Notes under the pieces: generated by a model | Databases searched by the model: none | What the model was told of the DNA's origin: nothing | Seen by the model: only the letters and a program-made list of their open reading frames with translations | Program-made: the position numbers and the translations under genes | Assembly: GCF_018977255.1 (NCBI RefSeq) | Contig: NW_024704746.1 | Location: forward strand, 47,492,001-47,556,000 | DNA: 64,000 nucleotides | Direction of reading: 5' to 3' | From: Callorhinchus milii | Taxonomy: Eukaryota | Shown: positions 1-13,244 of the stretch, piece by piece | How the letters are laid out: every line of letters starts with the position of its first letter | Numbering within the stretch: position 1 is the first letter of the stretch

Positions 1-2044
1 AGTAATTATATCTGCGGTTAGCTGATGTTATTGGGATGGTTTATTTTAGTAAAAAGACAATGTATAAATGTTGTCTTGAAATTCCTTAAGTTCATTCTTG
101 TAGTTTGCAGTGTCGGAAGAACCAGAAGATTGAATGAATGTCAGTATCTTGAGTGTAACAAACTCACTGTTAAACTAGTCTTACGTCTGTTACCTAGGCC
201 TATGTTCCAATCACTGTCCATTCTGTCTGTCCATTCAAGCCTCAATAGTGTGGATTATAATAATCATGAACTGTCAACATAAAACAATCCTCTCAAAAAT
301 CAGAACGAAACCCAAAGAAATCTCACAATAGGTTTGTAGAGAAAAGCATCCCAAAAATAAGATCAATGAATAAAATACAAAGTGCCGTGACACATTCAAA
401 ATCAACAAGCTGGAATCTGGGTCAATGGCTCAATGACATTCGATGACAAACATTCAGGTATCCCAGGGAATTAAACCTTTACCTTAGGATTTCTTTCTCA
501 TTATGTTACGCATGAACATGAATGTGAACAGGACAAAGAGTGATATTATACTGAAAACAAATATCTAAATTCTGAATCATGTGTTACAAGATCAGGTGAA
601 TCAGCACAAAACTAGGATTTCTGATTTAATTAAAGTATTGTCATGTTTTAAGTAGATCTGTGCCCCTTCCTTTGTCTCTCCCTAACCCTAAATGCTGTGC
701 AAATCATTGACAGAGCATTCGCAAGAGACTTAAAAACCCTTTCAAGCTCCCGCTAAAGACATCCTAGATAAAGCCATCTTTGTCAGTTCCATGCAGCTTG
801 GAAGATTGCAGTTAAGGTGGAATTATTCACCACAGAAACCCTAAGGGCAATCAGCCGGCTCAAGAAAGAAAACGTCTGCTGTGGTTGCAAGCTGGCCAGG
901 TAGCAACCCAAACTGTGATTTCCCAGCAATCGAATCACATGCCGAAACTCACTGGCTTTATGTAGACATAAATAATAGTCACTTGGGTGTGAAATTGTAG
1001 GATGACAGGAAAAATAAGTCAAAATGCCTCGAGGAGAAAACTGACAAGAGTAAAAAAAAATTCCCTTGTTGCAAATTGAGAAACTATTTTGCCATATGTC
1101 ACAACATTTATCCTTTTGGCCTCTCCAAGATTTCAAACAAAGTATAATTTGTGACAAATTATATATTTTACAAATCTGTGTCCATTCATTCAAAATGGCA
1201 AATTTTAAAATGGCAAACCAAGCACAGTAATGTTGTGAAAGCCTCTATTTACTTTAAACTTAAATACGACTTTTTATAAAATAGTATGTTTCACAAAAAA
1301 TCAGTGGAAAATTCTTCAATTCAGTCTTAATTTAGAACTGTGGAAACTGCCTTCTATAAACCACCTCCAATAAAACTGGATTTAACAAAATTCCACAATC
1401 TTGTACCAGCTCAGATTTTCTGAGAAAATAGTTTTACAGGCAAGCACTCCCAATCGTGACTTAACACTTTCTCATACTGGTGGGAAAGTGGCTGAGATTG
1501 CATCTTCTTTAAGATGGTCAGGTAGAGAATGGAATCATATGCATTTGGAAACTAAAAGTAAATTGTGCCAGCTGAATAGCCTTCATCCATTAATTTAATT
1601 ACCTCCTCAAAGAATTCCAGTAGATTTATGAGGCATAACCTATTGATGCTGAAACCTTGGAAACACTTATGGCCTGATGGTAGATAAACTGTTCTGTAAT
1701 TCCTCAATTGATGTCTCAATTCCATTTTGCAAATTAGGATTATATTATATTGCTAAAATCCAATATTCAGCTCCAAACAAATGAACCATGAAAACATTTC
1801 CTCCAGAATTCAAGGTTACATTCCATAGAGTCCAGATGCCCACATCCTGCAAACATTTTATGCACCCAGTTCTTTCGTAATACTGTACATGTTTTACTGA
1901 TTTCTACATAAGAAATAGACTCCTGAGCTCTGCAGTTTTCAGCTGTGAAGAAATCATTTAATTAACCATTTCCTCATACACCATTATATTTCTAAAAGTC
2001 CTAATCTCTGCAGTTGATTTGATGTTTTCAAGTCAGAGGACATC

Positions 2045-2310
2045 TCAATTTGTTTCACAGGATATCTTGTAAAATATAATCACTGTATTTTTGTAGGAAA
2101 ACATGGCAGGCAATCTGCACACAACAGTGTCCCCAAAATATTCATGAAATAATTGACCAATTTTATTTTGGGGATTGTTGGCTAAGACATCGGGATATCT
2201 CTCCTCTTTAGATTCGTACTTGGGATCTTTAATGTCCACCTGAACAGGTAGATGGAACCTTGGTTTAGCATTTATTCTGAAAGATGTTACCTCCAACAAT
2301 GCAGTCCAAG
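2045..2310 (-). mobile_element. Old Deu-domain SINE (SacSINE/AmnSINE-like), partial
   Basis: Reverse strand reads ...CAGGTGGACATTAAAGATCCCA...GGGACACTGTTGTGTGCAGATTGCCTGCCATGTTTTCCTAC, matching the Deu core seen in other copies in this window. Confidence 0.7.
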
Positions 2311-2364
2311 AAATTAAAATCGTGGAATTTTTTCATTTTAAAAATAGCACTGCATTGGAATGTT

Positions 2365-2554
2365 AACCTGAACTAATTGAGGTCAAAGTCCCAAACTGGG
2401 ACTGTTCCATGTTTCCCGCCCGACCCACCCTACATTCGGTGGCCGGGCTTTCAGGCTCTCTGCCCCCAAACTCTGGAACTCCATCCCACGGTCCCTTCGC
2501 CTTGCTTCCTCCCTTGCATCCTTCAAGGCTGTTCTCAAGACCCTTCTCTTCGAT
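2365..2554 (+). mobile_element. L2 LINE 3' end, left half (split by a nested L2)
   Basis: Matches the L2 ORF2 end (...CTCTGGAACTCCATCCC...CTCAAGACCCTTCTCTTCGA) and resumes at 4454. Confidence 0.85.
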
Positions 2555-4450
2555 CAACAACAACTTGGATTTATATAGCGTCCTCCACGCCGGATGGTGT
2601 CTCAGAGCACTTCACAGTAACAGATCCCAGGGCCTAGCCAGGGGGAGGGGGTGGAAGGTGACCAAAGGCGCGGTCGAAAAGAAAGGTCTTCAGCAGAGAC
2701 CTGAAAATAGGAAGAGAGGGAGCGAGGCGAAGGGAGTGAGGAAGGGAGTTCCAGAGCCTCGGGGCATAGTGGCTGAAGGCACGACTGCCGAGGGTGGAGC
2801 GGAGGACTCGGGGACAAGGAGGAAGCCAGACCCAGAGGAACGAAGGCAACGAGCACTGTTTTGAAGAGAGAGGTCAGAGAGATAAGGGGGTGCAGAGGAG
2901 TGGAGAGATTTGAAGACAAGGGTGAGGATCTTGAAGTCGATCCTCTCTGGGACAGTTAGCCAGTGCAGTCTGGCAAGGACTGGGGTAATCGGGGAGCAGA
3001 GTTTGGTGTGGGTGAGAATGCGGGCAACAGAGTTTTGAGTAATCTGGATTTTGTGGATCATGGTGGAGGGGAGGCCAGCGACGAGGGCGTTAGAATAGTC
3101 CAGCCGAGAGGTGACAAAGGCATGGACCAGGAGTTCAGCGGCTTTCGGAGAGAGGTATTGGCGGAGACAGGCGATGTGTTGGAAGTGGAAGAAGGCGGTG
3201 CTAGTGAGGGACCGGATGTGGGGGAGGAAGGATAATTGGGGGTCAAACTTGACGCCTAGGTTTGCGTACAGGGTCAGAGAGTTTTAAGGGGAGGTTGGGT
3301 AGGTGGAGGAGGTGAGAACCGTGAGATTTTAGACGTCGATCAGAGCCAAAGAGTATGGCTTCCGTCTTGTCAACGTTCAGCTGAAGGAAGTTTGCTCTCA
3401 TCCAGACCCTGAGGTCTCACAGGCAGGCTGACAGGGGACTGGGGGTCGCAAAGAGAGGTGGAAAAATAGAGTTGGGTGTCGTCCCCACACATGTGGAAAT
3501 GTACACCATGTCTGCGGATGACATCCCCAAGAAGAAGTGTGTAGATCAGAAAGAGTAGGGGGCCAAGGATGGATCCTTGGAGTACCCCGCAGGTAACCGG
3601 GTGAGAGCGGGAGGAGAAGCCGTTTGTGCAGATGTACTGATGGCGGTTTGTGAGGTAGGACTAGAACCAGGTGAGTACAGTCCCACTGAGGTGGATGACA
3701 GAGGAAAGGCGGTGGAGGAGGATGGCGTGATCGACTGTGTCGAACGCGGCAGAGAGGTCCAGGAGGACAAGGAGGCAGAGGGAGCCCTGGTCACAGATAG
3801 AGAGGATGTCGTTTGAGACTTTCACAAGTGCAGTCTCTATACTGTGGGCAGGGCGGAAACCGGACTGGAGGGGTTCGAAGAGGGAGTGGGAGGAGAGGTG
3901 TGCACGAAGTTGATTGGCAACAACGCGTTCTAGGACTTTTGCGAGGAAGGGCAGGTTAGAAATAGGGCGGTAATGGATGGGGTTTGAGGGATCTAGTGAA
4001 GGTTTCTTGAGGAGGGGGGTGATGACAGCAGTTTTGAGGGGGGCAGGGACTGATCCGGAGGAGAGGGACTGGTTGATGATGTCAGCCAGTAGTGGGCAGA
4101 GAAGGGGAGCTGGGTGACCAGCAAGTTGGTGGGGAGGGGTCGAGGCAGCAGGTGATGGGTTTCATAGAGATGATGGTAGGTGAGAGGGAGAAGGGAGTGA
4201 TGGGGAGGAAGGAATGTAGGATGGGGGTGGTGGTAGGAACAGATGATGGGGAGGTTGAGGGGGACGGAGAGGGCATGGTGGTGGGTGACAAGATGCAGGT
4301 AGATGAGGCTACCTGGCGGATGTTAAGTATTTTCAAAGAGAAGAAGTCCATGACCTCCTTGGCATTTGATATGAAGATTGAGGAGGCCTGAGGGGGGACA
4401 CAGAGGAGGATGTGGGTAGTGGGAAAAAGGATTTTAGGGTTGTGTTTAGA
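2555..4450 (-). mobile_element. 5'-truncated L2 LINE (tail type B) with decayed RT and C-terminal ORF2
   Basis: ORF fragments IQNSVARILT..LARLHWL..RIDFKILTLVFK and RAFSHYAPRLWNSLP. The RT catalytic motif is mutated to HMCGDDTQL near 3472-3498, and a (GTT)n tail sits at 2555-2565. Confidence 0.92.
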
Positions 4451-4453
4451 AAT

Positions 4454-4611
4454 TGTGCCTTTGGTGGCCCTCCCACCTCTCTGCCTTCCCTCACCCCTAA
4501 ACCACTCTTCCCCCGTGCTCGGGCCCCGATACCTGATTGTTCAGCACTTTGGGACGTCCTCCCAATGTGAAAGGCGCTCTACAAATGTAATTTTGTAGTT
4601 GTGGTTGTTGT
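4454..4611 (+). mobile_element. L2 LINE 3' end, right half with terminal stem-loop and GTT tail
   Basis: GGGACGTCCTCCCAATGTGAAAGGCGCT followed by a GTT-rich tail; colinear continuation of 2365-2554. Confidence 0.85.
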
Positions 4612-6231
4612 AAGTGTGTGTGTGAGTGAAGTCAAAATCGGGCAAAGTAAGCACAGTAATGTTGCGAAAGTTGTATTTACTTTAAACATAAATATAACTT
4701 TTCATAAAATAGTATGTTGAACACTACATAAGGAAGTGTCTTCCAAGGCTGTAACACTTATCGGGAACCAGATAACACCAACATACCACTAATGCTTCAT
4801 TCTCACAGCTTAAGAGTGAAATTATCTGAAATAAGATACCAGTTTGGAACGAGGCAGCAAGACAAGATGGGGCACATTAAAAAGTATGTTTTCACAAAGA
4901 AGGTAATTAACAGCTGGAAGTGTTACGAGATTGGTGATAGAAGTCACATTCAAGTTCCCAAAGTCATTATTGAGAAACATTAAGCATCTCTTGAGAAATT
5001 TTCCATATGAGAGGGGAAAGGCTAAAAATAATGCTTAGAAATGTAAGTGGGTTTTGTTTAATTACCCTCACATACCTTATAGTGGTCTGATATAAAGCAC
5101 TGTTGGCAGGGGGATGTGTGCACATAAAATACTAGCGCTCTTGAAAGCGAAGAGTACATGCTACAGTTCAGAGAATTAAAAAAAAATTGTGGAAGATTTT
5201 CATTTAAAACAAGGGTAAAGTTACTACCACATTCCAGTTCTTCTACTACCCTGAATCCACAAGGAAATCTTTACCACAAGAGTTGACTTCAAATAAATAA
5301 ATGTAAAATGCACACAATTTACCAATAATAAACCTTACATTTGGCAAGAGTAAGAATATATAAAAATAATTTACTTCTTTCTTGACTCAACTATTTGCCT
5401 GCAGCCCACAATTATTTTAATTGAGTATTAAATCAAGCAGTTTCTTGTCTCAGCTGAAAACATGCTTTTGGCAATCGTCGAGTTCTCACTTTTCGTCACA
5501 AGTCTAGCTGTTATCTTTATTAGCAAAATGAGAACATGTTTTGACCCAAAATATTTATTGACAAAGATGTGACCTGGCAAATTCTTCGTCAGGTCAATGT
5601 GCAACTATACCAACATATAGACTAATGTAAAGCTTGTGACCTTGAAAGGAATTTGTGAATTTGAACTATTTTTCCATCAGAATCATGTGTGCTAAATATA
5701 GCCATTACATATAAAAAGATTAATAGTGAAACGGCTCCAGTTTCATGTTTTAATTATGATAAATGAAGTGGACTGAAAGAAAATAATCATAACGTGCAAG
5801 GTTTAAATTGTTATAAAAGAAAGGCCAAAGGCAAGTTAGATATACTGACCATAAAAAANGTTAAGGATCCTGAGGGAAATGAAAATGTATGTTCTACACC
5901 TCTATTTTTGATGCCTCTACTTACTTGGTCTCGGGCACAAAAACAACAATTTTTTTTAAACTTTCTCTCTCCCTCCTCCAACCCCTGGGAAAAAACAATT
6001 GTGCCACAGTTTGGTGCCTCCCACAATCCAAAGACCAAAACTCAGTTGCTATCTGAAGTGAGTAAATAATGTGATAAGGCCAACATCCAATTGGTCTTTT
6101 TGACTTTTTTTTAAACCTGTGAATTGAGTATCAGTAATCTGTAAAGCTGAATACCTTTGCTCATCCAACTAATACTTCCCCATTCAGAAAATATTCCAAT
6201 TTTTCATGCACTACTTCACATTTTATTTAAT

Positions 6232-6334
6232 AAATAATAATCTTTGCATTTGCCTTATCACATCCAGAGGACATCCCAAGGTGCTGAACGACATGATAAG
6301 GCGCTATATCAAATGCCAGGATTATTATTATTAT
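6232..6334. repeat. Two SINE 3' tails joined back-to-back (imperfect palindrome)
   Basis: AATAATAATCTTTGCATTTG...CCTTATCA on the left and TGATAAGGCGCTATATCAAATGCCAGGATTATTATT on the right. Confidence 0.75.
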
Positions 6335-6679
6335 CTGCCATATCATCTCAGCCTACTCACTTTGTCTATATCCCGTTGCAATTTTATATCACTTACTTTG
6401 CCTCCTTGCTTTGTGTCACCTGTGAACTTGGATATGGAACTGCTGCTTCTTCATCCAGGTCATTTACTAATATTGCGAGCAGCTTTGGCCCCAGCACTGT
6501 GGCCCCTGGGGAACCCCAACTGTCACTGCATGCCGATCAGAGAGTGTGCCCTTTTTCTCGACTCTCTGCCTTCTGCCCCCAACCAATTTCCTATCCATGT
6601 CACAATGCTTCCTCTAATTCAATGCCACTTTATTCTATTCAATAATATTTTATGTTGCACCTTATCAAATGCTTTTTAA

Positions 6680-7020
6680 AAATCAAAATAAACAACATCA
6701 ATTGATTCTCCACTGCTTGGACTGCATCGACTTCCTCAAAAAACACCGCAAACTTTGTCAAACTACGAAATCATGCTGATTTCCTGATCAGTTCAAGTTC
6801 GTCTAAATGCTTGGTTACCTTATCCCTCATAAAGGACTCCAATATGTTTACTACAACATCTAATGCCCTTCATGAAGGATAGCGACCCAGAGCTACTACC
6901 AATGACGTTGACCTTACTGACCTGCAGCTTGTTTTGTCCCTCCCTCCTTTCTTAAATAACGGTGTGACATTTGCAATTTTCCAATCCACAGGCATGATTC
7001 TTAAATCCAGAGAATTTTGA
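6680..7020 (-). mobile_element. Old CR1 LINE ORF2 fragment
   Basis: Similar to the CR1 copy at 17930-18520 (CCTTTCTTAAATAACGGTGTGACATTTGCAATTTTCCAATCC), i.e. the W..ANVTPLFKKG-like region on the minus strand. Confidence 0.7.
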
Positions 7021-7027
7021 AAGGTTC

Positions 7028-7215
7028 GGGTGGTGGAAACCGATTTGATAACAACTTTTAAGAGAGAAGTAGATAATTATTTGGGGAGGACAAGTTTGCA
7101 GGGCTGTGGGGAGAGAGCAGGAGAGTGGGGTTGAATTGGATAGCTCTTTTTAAATAGCCGGCACAGACACGATGGGCTGAATAACCTCCTTCTGTGCTGT
7201 ATAATTCTATGATTC
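7028..7215 (+). mobile_element. CR1 LINE 3' end
   Basis: GATGGGCTGAATAACCTCCTTCTGTGCTGTATAATTCTATGATTC, the typical CR1 3' hairpin plus ATTCTATG tail. Confidence 0.85.
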
Positions 7216-8946
7216 ATCGACCTGATTTATCCATTAAAATTTGTCTGTTATTTTAAAAAATACTTTAATCCCATAAAGTTTCTCCACTTCACTTATATTG
7301 TGATTTACCTATATGTCTGGGATCACATCTTCTTCCTTTACTTTGAAGACAGACCCAAATATTATTTCATAGCTCTGCCTTTTCCCCGTTTCTCATGAAA
7401 TCTTTGCCATTTGCTGGAAGAATTCATGAGTCAAAAGGAAAATGTAAGTAAACAATTATTTTTATTTTCTCAAGGTTTATACATTATTTTGTCAAACATT
7501 GGAGGTTACAACCACCCTGCCATGCAGCCCTTCTGACAAGGTGAATACAGGCAATCTGTTTCGAGCCTTTGCCAATGCCACTCATATCAGCTGTAAGGAG
7601 ATTGATGTCTCCAATGAGAATGCAAACTTGCTAAGAGGGAAATCAGGACAGAGGGAAGCAGAAGAGCCCAAACCATAAGAAATCTGCCACTGTAATCACT
7701 GAACAAAGAATAAACTAAGTGTCTTGTTTTTAAAATATAAATTTCAGATCATAGTTTAACAATGGAATTCTTTTGAGAAAAATTTCAAAATAATTTTCCC
7801 AAAGCCCTTTTCATGATCTGTGCAATTATTTAACTGAGGATTTGGAAGATTAGTGAGCTCCACATCTGATTGTAATTTTTTATGTCTGCTTTCAACTAGA
7901 TGAAGACATATGGAACTGCCAGCACCTCTGCTCCTTTTTCACACTGCAGGGTGTGAACTGTCATGGCTGAAACTTGATAGCCAGACTACTGTGGATAGTC
8001 AACTTTCATAACATCCCCTTCGCAGCAGGGCATTTTCAATTGAAGGCCAAGATATAAATCTGGAACACCAGTAATTTCCTTTCAAATAAAGTCAACTTGG
8101 TTGTTTAAAAAGAGAGAAAAGAATTAAACTGAGCAAAATATAAAATGATTGTTTCAGTATTTCCTTTTTTGATTACGGTAAAGCAGAACAAATGGTAATA
8201 CAATAACTTTCCTTCCATCACACACTTCCCCGCCTCCTTCCTTCTCGTGAGAGTCCCCGGGGCTTCAATGATGAAAAGAAGCTATGGCTTAAGTAGCACA
8301 GAGGTTATTAATGCCCTCCCAGCAGGTTGCTTTGGCTCATTCTCACACATAAAACTTTGTTCTTCCTCAACTGCATCTGCCGACCTAACCCAAGTCTCTG
8401 TTGAAAGATAGAGTATCACCAATAGAAACTCTAAAAAAAATTAATCAAAGTTGAGTGATTTAGGATTAAATTCAACAACCTTATTTTAAGGATTCATTTC
8501 AACAGCCTATTATGTTCCACCCCACATATTTCTATATTTTAGAATCCTATGTTTGAGCAGTTAATGTTGGTAGCATATTCTTCTTGCTGCCTTCTCCAAT
8601 TTTAGTCTTTATTTTCCAAATTAGAATTTATCTGCTGTATTCATAGGTTTTTTNGTGACTAGAGTATTTTGCAAATAATATGATTGGACACATTCCCATT
8701 GAAAGATAGTTTGGTGAATATTCTCCAGTGTATTTCTACTCATTACATTAGGAACTGACAGTTTTCACCCTTTGTACAATATACCAGTATTAATGTGGCC
8801 CAGTGTTTAACTAGTGAAATACAATTTTTTTAAGATCTAAAAGGTGTTTTGGAGGAACCTTTACATAGAGGCGGTGGGAATTTGGAAATCAATGATTGGT
8901 TTTGTGTGCTGTGAAGTAAAGTTTCACTTATTAGATTTCCCTCTGT

Positions 8947-9000
8947 AACAACAACAAAAAATTATATTTGTACAGCGCCTTTCACATTCAGGAGGAAATC
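8947..9000 (-). mobile_element. Solo L2 3' tail
   Basis: AACAACAACAAAAAATTATATTTGTACAGCGCCTTTCACAT, the reverse complement of the L2 terminus. Confidence 0.7.
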
Positions 9001-9087
9001 TAGAACGCGAGAGACTCTAATCCAGCTCATCTTGCCATCCTTTGCCATGGATGAGACACAACTAACGCTGCATACTATATTAATAAC

Positions 9088-9213
9088 AACTGTGCGCAAT
9101 TGGCTGCTACGTTTCACCCACAAAACCACTTTACAGTATATTCTGTGAAGCGCTTTGTGATGTCTCAATGATGTGATAAGGTGCTATATCAAATGCAAGG
9201 ATTATTATTATAA
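9088..9213 (+). mobile_element. SINE 3' half (Deu core plus L2-type tail)
   Basis: CTGTGCGCAATTGGCTGC...GTGAAGCGCTTTG...TATATCAAATGCAAGGATTATTATTA. Confidence 0.85.
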
Positions 9214-9784
9214 TGTTTCTCTTGACATAACGTACATAGGATATCACTTCACATCTGCTAGACATTCTATGATGGGTTGCGGTAGAGAGAATGTTGTCGA
9301 GACAGAATCAATAGGGATGTTTAAATGAGAGACAGATAGTTGGGAAGTGGAGATATGAAAGGGTATGATGAAAATATCGACTCAAAACTGAGATAAAAAG
9401 TGTATCAGTGTACCATAGTCAGCATAAGAGGGAACTTGTGGTACAAGTTTCTTAAAGAAACACGAAGCTGGGAAATGAAAATGTAAAACTAGGAGGTAAA
9501 ATACAAAGAAATTACAAAATCTCTACTGGCATAGTGTTAAAAATATCATTGTATAAATGTTATGAGCTGTATGATTTAATTTTTGGCATTAGTGATAGCC
9601 CTTGACCTGTAAAACCTGCTCAAACTTATTGCCAAGGCTCACATATAATTAATAGCCACTTGAATGGAATACCAAGGGATTCACGCTGGACTTGAACTGT
9701 CCCCCAGTGGGAATTAAATGCTTTGGCGGGATGGGGGGGAAGGAAGAATGGTGAACAAAAATTCATAGTTAGAAATGAAACAAA

Positions 9785-10125
9785 ACAATTACAATCCTTA
9801 CATTTGAGATAATGCCTTATCACATCATTAAGACGTGCCAAAGAGCTTCACAGGATATACTGGAAAGTGGATTGGCTGTGTATTTTTGTGAGTGAACAAG
9901 GCAACCAATTTGCGCACAGTTACGTTCCATAAACAGCCATGGAGTCAATGACCAATTTTAATTCAGAAGACTGTTGTCCAGGGCACCAGGATAAATTCTC
10001 TTCTCTTTTTCGAATAGTGCCGTGGGATCTTTAGTGTCCACTTCATTAGGCAGATAAGACCTCATCCGAAGGACGGCACCTCCGACAATGGAGCACTACA
10101 CCAACTCTGCACTGGAGTGTCAGAA
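9785..10125 (-). mobile_element. Deu-domain SINE
   Basis: GGCAACCAATTTGCGCACAG...AATAGTGCCGTGGGATCTTTAGTGTCCAC...CATCCGAAGGACGGCACCTCCGACAATG, the reverse complement of the DeuSINE body. Confidence 0.8.
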
Positions 10126-10984
10126 TAAATTACATGGATGCTGCAAACTCCGATTCAGTTACAGCTTAACCTGTCCCCTTGTCCCACTTCCAAAATTAGG
10201 CTCATATTTGGTTGAATTAAAGTTACATATCAGGTTTCAGTTTACGATTCTGCCTTTTTATAGAAAACACAACCCAAGAAGGACAGTTGAGATGGAAGTG
10301 GGCACTTTTTATTTAAAAAAAATATAATTCCTGAACAACATTCAGTATTGGATGTATGCCAGGCTGCACTTTCTAGTTCCTGTACAGATCGTTCTTTCAA
10401 ACCCTTGATTGCTACCATGAAACTATGAAATGCATGAATGCAACTGTCGTGAAATCTTCCATACAAGCCATGTTTTTATGTTGTCTGGCCAATAAAAATC
10501 TTTTTGCGGCAGACACATTGCTGTGGAATGAAACACTAACATGTTGATCTGATATAGAAATAAAAATGGTAGAAACATGCTATTTATTAACTGGGCAGTT
10601 ATGCTTTTCAGCTTTTACAATGTTACTGGTAACATGTTCAAAGCAAAGGAAGGACAGAATTTATAGTTTTTAAAAATTCCTCCAAGGTTTCCGCCTGAAT
10701 TTTTGTAGCGAGTCCAAAGGCATGTCAGTCAGGATTGGTAGATTTAAAAAAAAGATTTATTTTAGAGAAAAGAAAATCATTTTTGCTACCCTTCATGATG
10801 TAAATCATGCCCAAATGCTCAAAGCTCCAAAAGAGAGTTCATAAGCAAACAAGTTAATCTGTATTTTAAATCATAACATAATCATCTAGAAATGTTACCA
10901 TTCAAGATACATTAACTATTTCACCAGGTAAACAAGACAGTGTCTCTTATTTCTTTCATATTTGTAACATTTGTAAGCCCTGTA

Positions 10985-11105
10985 TTTGGCATTTTCCCAC
11001 AAAATATACAGTCAATTGATTTTACAGTATATTCTGTGAAGAGGTTTGAGACACCTCAAAGATGTGATATGGCGCTATAACAAATGTGAGGATTATTATT
11101 ATTAT
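10985..11105 (+). mobile_element. SINE 3' fragment
   Basis: CCCACAAAATATACAGTCAATTGATTTTACAGTATATTCTGTGAAG...GATTATTATTATT. Confidence 0.8.
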
Positions 11106-12839
11106 TTAGCTTCTCAATGCTGGGATTAATAGAAAACATGACATTCAAATAAACTTGTTCCGCTCATCACTGTCTGGAATGTGAGCCTCTCCTTTCTATG
11201 TGAAGCACACAGAGAGATGAACACTTTTGAAGCCTTGGCTGATTGAAGGAAAAACTGACAGCACCTGATAACCAATGACTGCTGCTCTCAGAAAATGTTG
11301 TAACAGGAGAATCTTGCTTATTTATTGGTTGGTTTGTTTGTTTGAAATAACCGGGAAACGCTAAATACATTGAGAACTAGGAAGGGAAACAAATATTAAC
11401 CAATTGCCCATCAATTTTCATTTTAACAGAATTTTCCCAAAGACATCCTTCACCAAAATAACTGTAGGGAAGTATATTCTATTAAAGAAGCATGCTTGCA
11501 GGGTAACTTATTTTGTCAGTCAGGTTAGTGAATTGAGAAGCATGCACTGGCTTGACCAGTGATGATCTAAACCCTTTGTAAAAATGTAATTTAAATAAAA
11601 CAAGAAAATAATTCAGATGAGCTATTCCCACCTCCAAAAACAGTGCAGTTTATACTGGGACTTTTATAGAGCACTTTTCCTGCCTGGTAACAGTCTGCCT
11701 GAAATCTAACCATTGTGGCAATAATGTGGTCAAAAATGCACCTGGATTTGCAAAGGATTTGTTAATATTGAATATTAGGGTACCTGGATGTGAGTCACAC
11801 TAACTCAAGGGATCTCCACTCTAAAGTTATCTCCTTCCAAATATGTATGTTTGACCCCAATATTATTTTAAAAGCAGAACTTACCTGACTTTATTTAAAC
11901 ACAGAATTATTTATTCAACAAAAACTTAACAGTTGCATTTTTGAAGTTGAAAATTCAAATGTGATGTTATATTTTCTAAATTGTTAAAAACATTTAGAAA
12001 CAGCGAGCTCATTCAAAATTTTGAAGCTTGCCTCAATTTCTGACCTTTCTCCTTACCACTCCACACAAGTCATAAATAATACAGCAGCAACAAGAGCCTT
12101 TATTGCGATTTCATTTTAAACTTGGTCTGACTTTTACAAGGTCAGACAAAGTCATGCCACATGCTGCTGTTGCGAAAAAAGAGACCCTGACCTCTGTGAT
12201 TTATTACAAAATTACACAGACACAGCAAGGTAAGTGTCATTTTCAATATACATGAAAGCCTTTGATTTTCACCATCAAATAATAATGTACAAATACTATT
12301 TTAAAGGGGGAATTCATTGAAGATGGAATTCTCCTTTAAAGAGCGTTATGCTTGTATCATGATACTGCATATAACACAATACAAATGTAAGTTCTGGTTG
12401 AAATTAACAATTCCACAAAAAGTAGACGCTTTCTATAATGTTGTCTTTAACAGCCAGAAAAAAAATGCATGTTATAATAGAGGAGTTCAGTGAACAGTTT
12501 TCCCATTAATGAGAGAACTCTAAATATCATGGTGTTGCAAATCAGATTGTTACATGAATTCTACAGGTGGAAAATATTTCTTTAGCTCTATCTTTACACA
12601 AACCACTTTATTATTATCCAAATTAAGCGCAATCAATTCCAAACAAACACAAGCCAAGTACAAAAATAAACTGCGGCCAAACGAAGAATTCAAATGAAAC
12701 ACACCCCAGTACTCCCATTGTATGTATTTTATGAAACAATCGAAGATAACAATTTCCTGATACAAACACAGAATGCTTCATAATATTCCACTAATATCCA
12801 GTACAGATAGCCCATCATCATATCAGGGCCAACACCAGA

Positions 12840-13232
12840 TGTCAGTCTGGCTCAGTTGGTGAGCTCAGCTCTGAATCTGAAGATTCTTGGTTCAAGCCCT
12901 AGAACTTGTATGGTCAAGGCTGACATTCCAACGCAGTGTTGCAGGTGTGCAGCATTGTTGGGAGCCGTCCTTTGGATGAGACGTTAAACATCTTCCTTTT
13001 CAGGTGGACGTTAAAGATCCCATGGAACTATTTGAAAAGAGAAAGGAGTTCTCCTGGCCAACATCCCCAAAATAAATCTTTCACTTCTGGGCTGTATGTG
13101 GGACATTGCGGTGCACAAATTTGCACCCTTGTTTGCTTACAAAATTCAGACACTGCCTTCACAGCACATCCTGTAATGTGCTCTGAGCCATCCCCCTAAC
13201 GTAAAAGGCACTAAATCAAATATAAGCATTAT
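12840..13232 (+). mobile_element. Old tRNA-derived Deu-domain SINE, near full length
   Basis: Box A TGGCTCAGTTGG, box B GGTTCAAGCCC, Deu core CAGGTGGACGTTAAAGATCCCATGG and a degenerate L2-type tail. Confidence 0.8.
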
Positions 13233-13244
13233 TATGATGATTAA

